Shown here one piece after another: positions 29,465-39,786 of a DNA stretch of 64,000 nucleotides. Source of the DNA: an uncultured Gammaproteobacteria bacterium (GTDB lineage: Bacteria > Patescibacteriota > Patescibacteriia > S139-126); contig CAZBLW010000001.1 of assembly GCA_964493305.1 (NCBI GenBank), positions 473,513-537,512 of the forward strand. Direction: 5' to 3'. The notes beneath the pieces were generated by a model, which was given only the letters and a program-made list of their open reading frames with translations, ran no database searches and was not told where the DNA came from. The first letter of the stretch is position 1, and each line of letters opens with the position of its first letter. A program made the translations under genes and the position numbers.

Positions 29465-29474
29465 ATGTTATAAT
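29465..29474 (+). promoter_or_regulatory. Extended -10 promoter of pil operon
   Basis: TGtTATAAT 17 nt upstream of pilB ATG. Confidence 0.5.
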
Positions 29475-29491
29475 TTATTCAAAATAAAACC

Positions 29492-31225
29492 ATGCTTAAC
29501 TCAACTGTTATTAAAAAAGTTCTTTTGAGTCAAAAATTGATTGACCAAAAAACTTTTGAAAAATTGCAACAACAATCAGAAAAAGAGGGCACAAACCTAC
29601 AAGAACTCGTACTCGATCAAAAAATTATTTCCGAAGAAGCGCTTTATGAAGCTGCCGCCCAGCAGCTTAATCTTTTTTTTATAAACTTAAAAGGTAAGGT
29701 AATTAGAAAAGATATTTTATTTTTAATTCCCGAACCAATTGCCCAGACCCACAATGTTATTGCTTTTGATTTAGAAGATGAGCTATTAAAAATTGCCACT
29801 ATTGATCCCAGTGATTTACAAACCTTGGAATTCATCAAGAAAAAAACTGGATTAAAACTAGAAGTTTATCTTACCGTCCCCAATTCTATAAAAGAAGCAC
29901 TAAATCAGTATCATAAGGGTCTAAAAGCTGAATTTAATGATATAACCAGTATTTCGGAAAACGGTGAAGCTACTTCCACTAGTCAAGATTTGAAAGAACT
30001 AGCAGCTGATCTGCCAGTGGTAAGAATTGTTGATACTCTTTTAGAGTACGCTATCTTCGAAGGAGCCTCTGATATTCATATCGAACCAATGGAAAAAGAG
30101 TTATTGGTCAGATATCGCATTGACGGTATTTTAAGAGATGTAATGACTCTTCCCAAAAACGCTCAAGCCGGAGTCACCGCCAGAATAAAAATTTTAGCCA
30201 ACCTAAAACTTGACGAACATCGTCAGCCCCAAGATGGTCGTTTTAAAATTTCTACAGATCAATATAAAGTAGCATTTAGAGTTTCAATTATCCCGGTTTT
30301 TGACGGAGAAAAAATTGTTATGCGTTTACTGAATGAATCGAGTCAAATTCTCACACTTGAACAATTGGGCTTTCACAAAAGATCTTATGAAATTGTTAAA
30401 ACCAATGTTGCCAAACCTCACGGTATGATTCTAGTAACTGGCCCGACTGGTAGTGGTAAAACTACTACTTTGTATACAATTTTAAATATTCTAAATACAC
30501 CAAAAGTCAATATCGCTACCGTCGAAGACCCGGTTGAATATCGTATGCCCAGAATTAATCAATCTCAAATCAACACCAAAGTCGGTTTTACTTTTGCTTC
30601 AGGATTACGATCGCTGTTACGGCAAGATCCGGATATAATCATGGTTGGTGAAATAAGAGATATTGAAACTGCTGAAATTGCTATTCATGCTGCCATGACC
30701 GGCCATCTAGTTTTGTCTACTTTACATACCAACGACGCCGTTTCTACCCTACCCCGACTCCAAGATATGGGTATTGCCAGTTTTTTAATTGCTACTACTA
30801 CCAACTTGATTGTCGCTCAACGTTTAGTCAGAAAAATTTGTACCAATTGTATTTATTCTTACAATCTAAATAAAGAAAACATCAAGGAACTAGAACAGCG
30901 CTATAATATCGATTCGCTACTAAAAACATTAGTGGAAGAAAAGGTTATTGATTCGGTTGATATTCCTCTTACCGAACTATTGTTCTATCGTGGCAAGGGC
31001 TGTAAGCAGTGCAATAACAATGGTTATAAAGGCCGTATTGGAATTTATGAAACCTTAGAAATTACTCCTGAAGTTCAAAAACTAATTATGCAAAAAGCAA
31101 CTGCCAGAGAATTATTTGAAGCTGCCAAAAAACAAAACATGTTAACCTTATTTGAGGATGGCATTATCAAAGCCAAAAATGGTATTACTACCATTGAAGA
31201 AATTATTAGAGTAACCAAAGAATAA
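29492..31225 (+). CDS. pilB: Type IV pilus assembly ATPase PilB/GspE
   Basis: ASDIHIEP, GPTGSGKTTT, TVEDPVE, LRQDPD, GHLVLSTLHTN, Zn-binding CxxC pairs. Confidence 0.95.
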   Translation: MLNSTVIKKVLLSQKLIDQKTFEKLQQQSEKEGTNLQELVLDQKIISEEALYEAAAQQLNLFFINLKGKVIRKDILFLIPEPIAQTHNVIAFDLEDELLKIATIDPSDLQTLEFIKKKTGLKLEVYLTVPNSIKEALNQYHKGLKAEFNDITSISENGEATSTSQDLKELAADLPVVRIVDTLLEYAIFEGASDIHIEPMEKELLVRYRIDGILRDVMTLPKNAQAGVTARIKILANLKLDEHRQPQDGRFKISTDQYKVAFRVSIIPVFDGEKIVMRLLNESSQILTLEQLGFHKRSYEIVKTNVAKPHGMILVTGPTGSGKTTTLYTILNILNTPKVNIATVEDPVEYRMPRINQSQINTKVGFTFASGLRSLLRQDPDIIMVGEIRDIETAEIAIHAAMTGHLVLSTLHTNDAVSTLPRLQDMGIASFLIATTTNLIVAQRLVRKICTNCIYSYNLNKENIKELEQRYNIDSLLKTLVEEKVIDSVDIPLTELLFYRGKGCKQCNNNGYKGRIGIYETLEITPEVQKLIMQKATARELFEAAKKQNMLTLFEDGIIKAKNGITTIEEIIRVTKE

Positions 31226-31226
31226 T

Positions 31227-32459
31227 ATGCCAGAATTTGCATACACAGCCCGTACCAAAGAGGGCGAAACAAAAAAAGGCATTATTGAAAAAGCTTCTAG
31301 AGAAGAATTAGAGACATATTTATCTAGTCGCGATTTAATATTGACTCAAGCCAAGGAAATAAGTAATTCTACCAGTTTTAAAGATTGGATCAACAAAATC
31401 AACAATTACTTGATTGATATCTCCGGAGTCCCCAACTCAGAAAAAATATTTTTTACGCAAAATTTATCGGTCATGATAAAAGCCGGTATCTCTTTATCAC
31501 AAGCGCTGCATACTCTAGCCACCCAAACTACCAATAAAAAATTACAAAAAATACTACTTGATGTCCAAACCAATGTAGAAAAAGGACGATCACTGGCTGA
31601 TAGCTTACAACCTTATGTAAAAATTTTTGGTGAACTGTATATTAATATGCTGAAAACCGGTGAAACTGCCGGTCAACTTGAACAAGTGTTAAAACAACTA
31701 ACTTTACAAATGAAAAAAGACCACCACTTGGTATCCAAGGTTAGAGGTGCCATGGTTTATCCAGCCATTGTGGTTACAGCTATGATCGTAATTATGATTA
31801 TAATGTTTATTTTTGTTATTCCACAGATTACCGGAATTTTCAAAGAAGTAGAGGCTGAATTACCACTCCCCACTAAAATATTAATTGCCGTATCCGACTT
31901 TATTGTCAACAATGGGCTGTTGGTTGCTTTTTTAGCAATCACCGCCGTCACAACATTTATAAAATTTATTCGTAGTAAAAAAGGTCGGGTTATCTGGCAT
32001 AAATTTACCCTGAAACTACCAATCATCAGTCCCATTTTAAAAAAAGTTAACTTAGCAAGATTTTCTCGCACCACAAGTTCGTTACTTAAAACTGACATAC
32101 CAATTACAGAAAATTTTTCCATAACCGGAAAAGTCCTGGGCAACAGCTCTTATAAAATTTTATTGAGTCAAGCTTCCGAAGAATTAAAAAAAGGTGTAAG
32201 TATTCACACCACTTTGGAAAAACGACCTGATCTTTTTCCTCCAATTGTTATTCAAATGATAGCTGTTGGCGAAGAAACTGGATCTCTTGATAATATCTTG
32301 GAACAATTAGCCGTTTTCTATGAGGAAGAGGTTGATCAAACTATGAATAATTTGACTGCTACTTTAGAACCAATTTTGATGTTATTACTTGGTCTAGGTG
32401 TAGGCAGTATTGCTGTGGCTGTTATCATGCCTATGTATTCTCTAACACAACAATTTTAA
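31227..32459 (+). CDS. pilC: Type IV pilus platform protein PilC/GspF
   Basis: AGISL, GETAGQL, AMVYP, GEETGSL, LEPIL. Confidence 0.95.
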   Translation: MPEFAYTARTKEGETKKGIIEKASREELETYLSSRDLILTQAKEISNSTSFKDWINKINNYLIDISGVPNSEKIFFTQNLSVMIKAGISLSQALHTLATQTTNKKLQKILLDVQTNVEKGRSLADSLQPYVKIFGELYINMLKTGETAGQLEQVLKQLTLQMKKDHHLVSKVRGAMVYPAIVVTAMIVIMIIMFIFVIPQITGIFKEVEAELPLPTKILIAVSDFIVNNGLLVAFLAITAVTTFIKFIRSKKGRVIWHKFTLKLPIISPILKKVNLARFSRTTSSLLKTDIPITENFSITGKVLGNSSYKILLSQASEELKKGVSIHTTLEKRPDLFPPIVIQMIAVGEETGSLDNILEQLAVFYEEEVDQTMNNLTATLEPILMLLLGLGVGSIAVAVIMPMYSLTQQF

Positions 32460-35284
32460 TGACTATAAAAAATAATAAAGCTTTCACTTTATTAGAAATA
32501 ATTATCAGTTTAGGCTTGATGATTATGGCGGTTTTGGCAATTTCTAGACTATATGCCGCTTATCTGCAACTTACTGCTAATGAAAAATTTAAAATAACTG
32601 CTTCGGCTTTAGCTAATCAAAAAATTGAAACAATCAGAAACCTACCTTATCACAAAATTGGTACACTGGGAGGGATCCCAGCGGGTTCAATCTTGCCATC
32701 AGAAACAGTTACTAGAAATGGTTACGACTATACGGTTCAGACCGAAATTTTATATATTGATGATCCCTTTGATGGCACTTACAGTCCTGGTCAAGTTAGC
32801 AACCCTTATAACATCAATAACCCTGAGGTAATTTTTTACTGGAATGCAAACAAAACCACCAATAACCAACCACCCCAAAAAGGATCAGGTGTGATTACTA
32901 CCCCCACTTCTTTAACTACAGCCAATGGGGTTATTGACAAAGGAGCTTTTTATAACCCTGGCAATCAAGCTGACTATACAAGATTTGATGTCACTAACAA
33001 TATTGATTTGGCCAGAGGTAGAATAGGTTTTTGGTATCAAGCAACCAACAAAAATATTAGTAGTGATCGATATTTATTCTATTTAGGTGGCTGTACTGGT
33101 GAATTTTCAGTTAAAAGAAAAAATTCCAATAAACTAGAGTTACGTTATGGTCAAACTGTTGGTATGACACCAGCTGAGTATTTATCAACCAACCCTATTC
33201 AATGGGAGTTGGGCCGTTGGTATTTTATTGAAATTGTCTGGAACTCTGCTGAGAATGAAATACTATTATTACTAGATAACGAAGAAATTGGTTTTAGAAC
33301 CGGTGATACTTTTAATCCCCCAACTAATTGTTCTTCTGCTTTTATTGGTAACTCTAGTATTTATGGTACACAAAACGCTGATGGTATTATTGATGAAATT
33401 TATATTCTTAACAATCCCTTTCCAACCAATGTACCACAGGATTTTTTAAATACTGATTATAAAAGAGTTAAAGTAACTGTCTCTTGGCAAACTCCATTTG
33501 GCTTACAAAGTATTTCTATGTTAACGGATGTTGCTCCGGTTGGTATTGAATCAACTGATGGGGGCGGAACTTTAATTATCAATGTTTTTAACAGTGAAGG
33601 TCAACCAGTGCCACAAGCCTCGGTTAATATCACAAACCAAGAAATTATACCCATTGTTGATTTACAATTAACTACAGACGATAACGGACGTCTTTTGATT
33701 CCCGGAGCACCTGCTAGTGATAAATACAATATATCAGTCACCAAAACAAACTTTAGCACTGATGCTACTTATGAACCAACTATAGATTTCCCTACTCCGT
33801 TTAGACCTCAAGTAAGTGTAATTGCTTCGCGTAGTACAGAAGTTAGCTTTGCTATAGATTTATTTAGTACTTTAACTATTAAATCTGTCTCACGTGATCT
33901 GCCAGGTAACTGGGAAATGAGTAACGGTCCCACCTCAACACCTTATTATGAAGGTAAAATAATTGCCGGTAGCAATGTTTTTTTCAATGTGTGGCAAGAT
34001 TTTCGTGATGATTTAAACAACCCAAAAACTTTCGGTCAATCCTATACTTTTACAGGTGACAAAATATGGAGTAATGATATAGCTATTGCCCAAGCTCCAC
34101 AACAAAGTAAAGCTGATCTAACAATAGATGAAAACGACAATTTTTATACTGTTTGGCAAAGTAATTATTTAGGTCAGTATGACATTTTTATCAACAAACA
34201 TAATAGTTCTGGTATTGATTTATGGAGTGGTCAAAAAAAAGCTACCCAAAACAACCTCTCGCAAAAAATTGACCCTCAACTTACTTACGCAAGTGGCACG
34301 ATTTTTGTTGTTTGGCAAGATAACCGAGACGATACAGGTGATATTTATCTAAATATATTGGATCAAAACGGTAATTACCAAATAGTATCTGATAGTAAAA
34401 TAAACACCGATCTTGGCAATGCGGTTCAATCTCAGCCAAAAATTGTAGCCGATACAACCAATAACGCTTTGGTTGCTTGGCTAGACAATCGTAATGGTTT
34501 AAAAGATATTTATCTTACTAAAATTGATCAAACTGGAAATAAATTGTGGTCTAACGAATTAAAAGTTAATTCAGAAATACCCAGTATAGATCATGACAAT
34601 TTTTCTTTAACCACTGACCAAAATAATAATATTTATATTACTTGGTCTGATGATCGGACTGGACAAGCAAATATTTATTGGCAAAAAATCGATACCGATG
34701 GAAATAAATTATTTTTTATTGATCAAGAACTAATAACTCAAGCAAACTTAGCCCAACAAACAAATCCAAAAATTGTTTGTGACCTAAATAATGATCTATT
34801 TATTGTTTGGCAAGATAATCGCGGTGGCCAACAAGATATCTTTACCCATAAATTGGATTCTGACGGCAACACTATTTGGCCGCAAGAACAACAAATCAAT
34901 TTAAATAGTGAGGGCGACCAATATTTAGTAGATATTACTATTTATGAAGGTACAAAATTGGCATTATCATGGACTGATTGGCACACAGATTATCCCTCAG
35001 TCTGGAATGCAACTTTAGCTGACCAACTAACAGAAAATATAATTCCAAACTATGATTTTATATTATCTGGAACAAAATTAATTTATCAAGAACCTGACCA
35101 ATTAAAATATCTAGCTAACTTAAAAACAAATTCACAAGGCGAATTAACAATCACAAACTTAGAATGGGATTCTTATCAAATTACCAATAATGATACATTT
35201 TATAATCTATTGATGTCAGAACCCATTTTACCATTTTTAATTCCGGCTGGTACTAGTACGATGATAAAATTAATTGTCAATTGA
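32459..35284 (+). CDS. Giant minor pilin (PilV-like) with LamG, Ig/carboxypeptidase-regulatory-like and beta-propeller domains
   Basis: KA|FTLLEII class III signal; LamG WYFIEIVWN...GIIDEIYILN; NSEGQPVPQASV..TDDNG; seven xWxDxR repeats. Confidence 0.8.
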   Translation: MTIKNNKAFTLLEIIISLGLMIMAVLAISRLYAAYLQLTANEKFKITASALANQKIETIRNLPYHKIGTLGGIPAGSILPSETVTRNGYDYTVQTEILYIDDPFDGTYSPGQVSNPYNINNPEVIFYWNANKTTNNQPPQKGSGVITTPTSLTTANGVIDKGAFYNPGNQADYTRFDVTNNIDLARGRIGFWYQATNKNISSDRYLFYLGGCTGEFSVKRKNSNKLELRYGQTVGMTPAEYLSTNPIQWELGRWYFIEIVWNSAENEILLLLDNEEIGFRTGDTFNPPTNCSSAFIGNSSIYGTQNADGIIDEIYILNNPFPTNVPQDFLNTDYKRVKVTVSWQTPFGLQSISMLTDVAPVGIESTDGGGTLIINVFNSEGQPVPQASVNITNQEIIPIVDLQLTTDDNGRLLIPGAPASDKYNISVTKTNFSTDATYEPTIDFPTPFRPQVSVIASRSTEVSFAIDLFSTLTIKSVSRDLPGNWEMSNGPTSTPYYEGKIIAGSNVFFNVWQDFRDDLNNPKTFGQSYTFTGDKIWSNDIAIAQAPQQSKADLTIDENDNFYTVWQSNYLGQYDIFINKHNSSGIDLWSGQKKATQNNLSQKIDPQLTYASGTIFVVWQDNRDDTGDIYLNILDQNGNYQIVSDSKINTDLGNAVQSQPKIVADTTNNALVAWLDNRNGLKDIYLTKIDQTGNKLWSNELKVNSEIPSIDHDNFSLTTDQNNNIYITWSDDRTGQANIYWQKIDTDGNKLFFIDQELITQANLAQQTNPKIVCDLNNDLFIVWQDNRGGQQDIFTHKLDSDGNTIWPQEQQINLNSEGDQYLVDITIYEGTKLALSWTDWHTDYPSVWNATLADQLTENIIPNYDFILSGTKLIYQEPDQLKYLANLKTNSQGELTITNLEWDSYQITNNDTFYNLLMSEPILPFLIPAGTSTMIKLIVN

Positions 35285-35907
35285 TGAAAAAAATAATTAT
35301 TTACAACCAAACTGGTTTTTCTTTACTTGAATTATCTATTACCTTAGGTATTTTTATAATTATTGTTTTAGCTTGGAATAATTTTACTTTACAAAATTTA
35401 CGAAGTACTGCTTTTGGTCAAGAACAACTGGAAGCTATCAGACAAGCACAAAAAGGTATTGATGTTATGGCTAAAGAATTAAGAGAACTAACTACGGCTG
35501 AAAACGGCGCTTATCCTTTGGAATTGGCCGGTGATTTTGAAATTATATTTTATTCGGATATAGATCAAGATGTTTATGCCGAAAGAGTACGTTATTTTTT
35601 GGAAGATGATATTTTAAAAAAAGGCGTAACTGAACCAACCGGAGAGCCTTTAACTTATAATCCTACAAACGAAATAGTTTCTACTATATCAGAACATGTG
35701 CGAAATGATACTTTACCGATTTTTACATATTTTAATGGTGACTATCCTTATGACACCATCAATAATCCTTTACCCGCACCTGCTCGTTTGATTGAAACAA
35801 AACTTATTAATGTTTTTTTACGAATTAACATTGATCCTCAACGAGCACCAGATGATTTTGATTTACATACTGATGTTCAATTACGCAACTTAAAAACAAA
35901 TCTTTAG
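35284..35907 (+). CDS. Minor pilin (PilW/GspJ-like)
   Basis: TG|FSLLEL class III signal; MAKELRE; ends VQLRNLK. Confidence 0.85.
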   Translation: MKKIIIYNQTGFSLLELSITLGIFIIIVLAWNNFTLQNLRSTAFGQEQLEAIRQAQKGIDVMAKELRELTTAENGAYPLELAGDFEIIFYSDIDQDVYAERVRYFLEDDILKKGVTEPTGEPLTYNPTNEIVSTISEHVRNDTLPIFTYFNGDYPYDTINNPLPAPARLIETKLINVFLRINIDPQRAPDDFDLHTDVQLRNLKTNL

Positions 35908-35908
35908 C

Positions 35909-37303
35909 ATGAAAAAAAAATTTTTAAAAAATATAACAAAAAATTTACAAGGCAACGTGCTTGTTTTGATTGTAGTTTTTACAGGTATTTTTTTAGTAAT
36001 TATCACTGGTCTAATGGGTGTAGTTTTTTATCAAAAAAAATTAAATGATCAATACGTTGCTCAAATACAAGCTCTTCACATCGCTGAGGCTGGTATTAAT
36101 TATTATCGTTGGCACTTAGCCCATGCCCCAGATGATTTTTCTAATAATACGGGTCAACCTGGTCCTTATATTCATGATTATATTGATCCAACAAGTGGTA
36201 GTATAGGTAAATTTAGTTTGAGTATTGATTCACCTGACATTGGCTCAACCATAGTCACTATCCGTTCCACAGGCTGGACTAATGATTATCCAAATTTAAA
36301 AAGAACAATTGATGTTAAATATGGCAAACAGTCTTTGGCTCGTTACTCTTATCTAACTAATTCAGATATTTGGTTAGGCCAAAATGAAGCTGTGTCAGGT
36401 GAAATGCATGCTAATGGTGGTGTAAGAATGGATGGAACCAATGACTCATTAGTTACCTCAGCTAAAGAAACTTATATTTGTACGACTTCTCATGGTTGTT
36501 CTAATGAAGAAAAACCAGGTATTTGGGGTAATGGCCCAAACAATGATCTCTGGGATTTCCCAGTACCAGAAATTGATTTCAATACTTTGACATTGGATTT
36601 GGCAAACATGAAAACAGCCGCCCAAAACAATGGGCATTATTATCAACCAAGAAACTACGGCTATTTAGTTTCTTTTCGCAATAACGGTACTTATGATATT
36701 TACAGCGTTACCAGACTTTATCCGGCTATACAACAAATTAATGATAACTTTACAGCTTACGAATACAAAGCCGAACAAATCGAACGAACTGTCTTTATCG
36801 GTAATTATAATTTACCAACTAATGGTTTAATATTTATTGAAGATGATGTTTGGGTACAAGGAACCTTAAATGGTAAAGTCACCTTAGTTTCGGCTAGTTT
36901 TCCTGATACCCCACAAACCAATACTAGTATTTTTATAAACGATAACCTTAGATATTTAGCTCGTGATGGCAACCACAAATTAGGAATAATTGCCCAAAAA
37001 AACGTGCAGGTTCCTAGACACGCTCCCACTAATCTATACATTGACGCTGTTTTACTTGCACAAAAAGGACGAGTTTATCGTGGCTTATATGGTAGTCGTT
37101 TGATAAAAAATTATATAGAGGTTTATGGAGGAATTATTACCAACAAAATTTGGACTTGGAGTTGGGTATCAGGTACTAATATAATAGACGGATATACTAA
37201 TACCAATAGTATTTTTGACAGTAAACTAATTTTTTCGCCACCACCATATTTCCCTACTAGTGGCGATTACTCATTTATCACTTGGGAAGAATTATCAAAT
37301 TAG
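35909..37303 (+). CDS. Minor pilin PilX/GspK-like
   Basis: QG|NVLVL signal lacking E5; ALHIAEAGI PilX-type motif; C-terminal SPPPYFP..WEE. Confidence 0.8.
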   Translation: MKKKFLKNITKNLQGNVLVLIVVFTGIFLVIITGLMGVVFYQKKLNDQYVAQIQALHIAEAGINYYRWHLAHAPDDFSNNTGQPGPYIHDYIDPTSGSIGKFSLSIDSPDIGSTIVTIRSTGWTNDYPNLKRTIDVKYGKQSLARYSYLTNSDIWLGQNEAVSGEMHANGGVRMDGTNDSLVTSAKETYICTTSHGCSNEEKPGIWGNGPNNDLWDFPVPEIDFNTLTLDLANMKTAAQNNGHYYQPRNYGYLVSFRNNGTYDIYSVTRLYPAIQQINDNFTAYEYKAEQIERTVFIGNYNLPTNGLIFIEDDVWVQGTLNGKVTLVSASFPDTPQTNTSIFINDNLRYLARDGNHKLGIIAQKNVQVPRHAPTNLYIDAVLLAQKGRVYRGLYGSRLIKNYIEVYGGIITNKIWTWSWVSGTNIIDGYTNTNSIFDSKLIFSPPPYFPTSGDYSFITWEELSN

Positions 37304-37310
37304 GTATAAT
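37282..37310 (+). promoter_or_regulatory. Internal promoter for pilMNO (probably leaderless)
   Basis: TTGGGA-17 nt-TATAAT, 6 nt before ATG at 37317. Confidence 0.5.
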
Positions 37311-37316
37311 GTAAGT

Positions 37317-38363
37317 ATGATTTTAACTAGTAAAAAAATTTCTTATTTTGGACTGGATATAAGTGATTTTTCTTTTAAGTTGGCTGGGGTTATAAGTAGT
37401 AAAAATACTTTTGAATTAATCAATTATAATACTGCCAATATACCGCCTGGTTATTTTGATAATGGCAAAATAATTAAGCATCAAGAGTGTGCTAATTTAA
37501 TTAGAGAACTCATAGGTTCTGCTCAAGGACCTAAAATTAAAACAAAATTTGCTCATGTCTGTTTACCTGAAAAACATACCTTTATTAAAATACTTCATTT
37601 ACCACCCATGTCAGAAGCTGAAATTCCTTCAGCTATTGATTGGGCCGCAGAACATCACTTACCTTTCTCATTAGATGAAATTTATTTTGATTATCATGTT
37701 TTCAAAGTAAAAAATCCTGATCATTCTATACCAGTTATAATTGGCGCTGCCCCCAAAGAAATTGTTGATGATTATACCAAAATGATAAAACTGGCCGATC
37801 TTGCTCCTTTGTCACTAGAAATTGAAGCACTGGCAATCGCTAGATCAATATACCCCTGGGAAAATAGCATGGATAAAACTGAGGTGATAATTGATTTAGG
37901 TGCCAGTCGTAGTAGTTTAATTATCTGTGCCAACAATGCCGTCGAGTTTAGTTTAAGTTTACCAATAAGCGGTAACAAAATAACGGAAATTATAAGTCAA
38001 ACTTTGCAGCTATCACCTAAACAAGCCGAGACTGCCAAAATTATTTGTGGATTTGATCCCCATAAATGCCAAGGTGGTATTAAATTGATAATGGATCAAG
38101 AATTAGACAAATTGGCCAAAGAAATTAAGGATGGTCTTAAGTATTATCAAACCAACATCACTAAATCAAATAATATTGAAAAAATTATTTTAGTTGGCGG
38201 GGGTGCTAATATGATTGAATTGAGCAGTGTCCTCACAGAAAAAGTAGGCATCCCAACTGCAGTCGCTGATTTATCTGAACACATCAAAATAAATCACCAT
38301 CTAAATATAAAAAACCAAACTTTACTATCTTTAGCTACCGCGATTGGCTTAGCAATAAAATAA
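37317..38363 (+). CDS. pilM: Type IV pilus assembly protein PilM
   Basis: FGLDISD, EIEALA, IDLGA, LVGGGA, AIGLA; start likely 37317. Confidence 0.92.
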   Translation: MILTSKKISYFGLDISDFSFKLAGVISSKNTFELINYNTANIPPGYFDNGKIIKHQECANLIRELIGSAQGPKIKTKFAHVCLPEKHTFIKILHLPPMSEAEIPSAIDWAAEHHLPFSLDEIYFDYHVFKVKNPDHSIPVIIGAAPKEIVDDYTKMIKLADLAPLSLEIEALAIARSIYPWENSMDKTEVIIDLGASRSSLIICANNAVEFSLSLPISGNKITEIISQTLQLSPKQAETAKIICGFDPHKCQGGIKLIMDQELDKLAKEIKDGLKYYQTNITKSNNIEKIILVGGGANMIELSSVLTEKVGIPTAVADLSEHIKINHHLNIKNQTLLSLATAIGLAIK

Positions 38364-38365
38364 AT

Positions 38366-38905
38366 ATGATTGAATTAAATTTACTTTCAAATACAGAAAA
38401 AACCAACTCCAATCTTCTTTGGAAATATATTATAATTAAAACTGTCATCTCAATTATCTTGACCTTGTCTTTTGTAATAAGCGGTGTTTTATTTGGTGCT
38501 AAACTTTTATTATTGCAAAAATTTACCGAGGTACAAGAACAAGCCGCCGCTATCAATATTACTCATCAAAAAATTAACGAGCGAGTAAATATGTATAATA
38601 AAGAGATAAAAACATTGGACGGAATTCAAAATGAATTCACTGATTGGCCTTTATTCCTATACAATTTGAATAACCAAATTACTGGTGGGGTTAATTTTAG
38701 CAAAATTGAAATCAACATGTCTGAAAAAAAAGTAAGTTTTACTGGTATTAGTAACACCAGAGAAGATCTCTTGAACTTTAAACAAAGTATGGAAGATTGT
38801 GGTATCGTTACTGACATTACCCTACCATTAAATACCTTATTGAAAAAACAAAATATTGATTTTTCCATATCAGGAACAATAAAAGAACTATCGTGTTATG
38901 ATTAA
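38366..38905 (+). CDS. pilN: PilN-like alignment protein
   Basis: MIELNLL N-terminal motif, single TM, coiled coil; follows pilM. Confidence 0.82.
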   Translation: MIELNLLSNTEKTNSNLLWKYIIIKTVISIILTLSFVISGVLFGAKLLLLQKFTEVQEQAAAINITHQKINERVNMYNKEIKTLDGIQNEFTDWPLFLYNLNNQITGGVNFSKIEINMSEKKVSFTGISNTREDLLNFKQSMEDCGIVTDITLPLNTLLKKQNIDFSISGTIKELSCYD

Positions 38906-39434
38906 TTTAAAACCTAAAAATAAACAAGAAAATTCTACCACTCTCAATGTAACCATTGCTTTGTTGGTAATTTTACTAGTTAGCACAGTGATTTTTACTG
39001 GTAAAACAATTTTAAATATACTGGAGCTAAATCAACAAATCTTATCCAAACGAACTGAGTTAGAAACCAAATATCAACAAGGTATGTCTCTAAAAAAGAC
39101 CAATTTGGAATTGGAACAGTCAAAGGAAAGATTGGAGAAAATAAACAATATAATTATCAGTACTGATAATACTTTAGATTTTATTAGTGACATAGAAAAA
39201 ACCGCCGCTGCCCACAACATTGAACACCAAATTAAACTACCTGATTTTGAAAAACCCAAAGTTCCATCGCCAATTACAATGCAGTTAACACTTCATGGTA
39301 GTTATTTAAATACTCTTCGCTTTATTGAAAATCTACAACACAAACCCTATTATATCAACATTCACTCGTTGTCTTTCTCTCAACAAACCAATGAAGTGAC
39401 AACAAATATTGAAGCTAATATGTACTGGCAATAA
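38898..39434 (+). CDS. pilO: PilO-like alignment protein
   Basis: TM, coiled coil, GSYLNTLRFIENL. Confidence 0.78.
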   Translation: MINLKPKNKQENSTTLNVTIALLVILLVSTVIFTGKTILNILELNQQILSKRTELETKYQQGMSLKKTNLELEQSKERLEKINNIIISTDNTLDFISDIEKTAAAHNIEHQIKLPDFEKPKVPSPITMQLTLHGSYLNTLRFIENLQHKPYYINIHSLSFSQQTNEVTTNIEANMYWQ

Positions 39435-39435
39435 T

Positions 39436-39786
39436 ATGAATATCAAAAAAACTTTACAAAATACCAATAAATTTTTACTTAAACATTTAAAATTACTAAC
39501 AATATTTTTTTCTTTTTTAATTGTATTAGGAATTGGTATCTTTCTTTATTTTAATTTTTACCAAACTATTATTTCCGCCAAACAAATAATAGTATTACAA
39601 TCTGATATTGCCCCGGCTACAATCAATATTAAACTGCTTGACCAAGTCGAGGCTAAATACCAAGAAAAAATAAAACCCACCAACTATAAGTGGGAAAGAT
39701 TTACTAATATTTTTGCCACTAATCAAACAAATAGCTCTCCTAACAACTTTACACCGTCCAACATCAACCCTCAAATTTCCTTTTAA
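39436..39786 (+). CDS. Single-TM hypothetical protein ending the pil operon
   Basis: Follows pilO; one TM; start likely MNIKK. Confidence 0.65.
   Translation: MNIKKTLQNTNKFLLKHLKLLTIFFSFLIVLGIGIFLYFNFYQTIISAKQIIVLQSDIAPATINIKLLDQVEAKYQEKIKPTNYKWERFTNIFATNQTNSSPNNFTPSNINPQISF

Noticed and set aside
33990-34990. Recurring GTTTGGCAAGA-like sequences as a DNA repeat array
   Set aside because: They encode the VWQD propeller motif; identity does not extend beyond those codons
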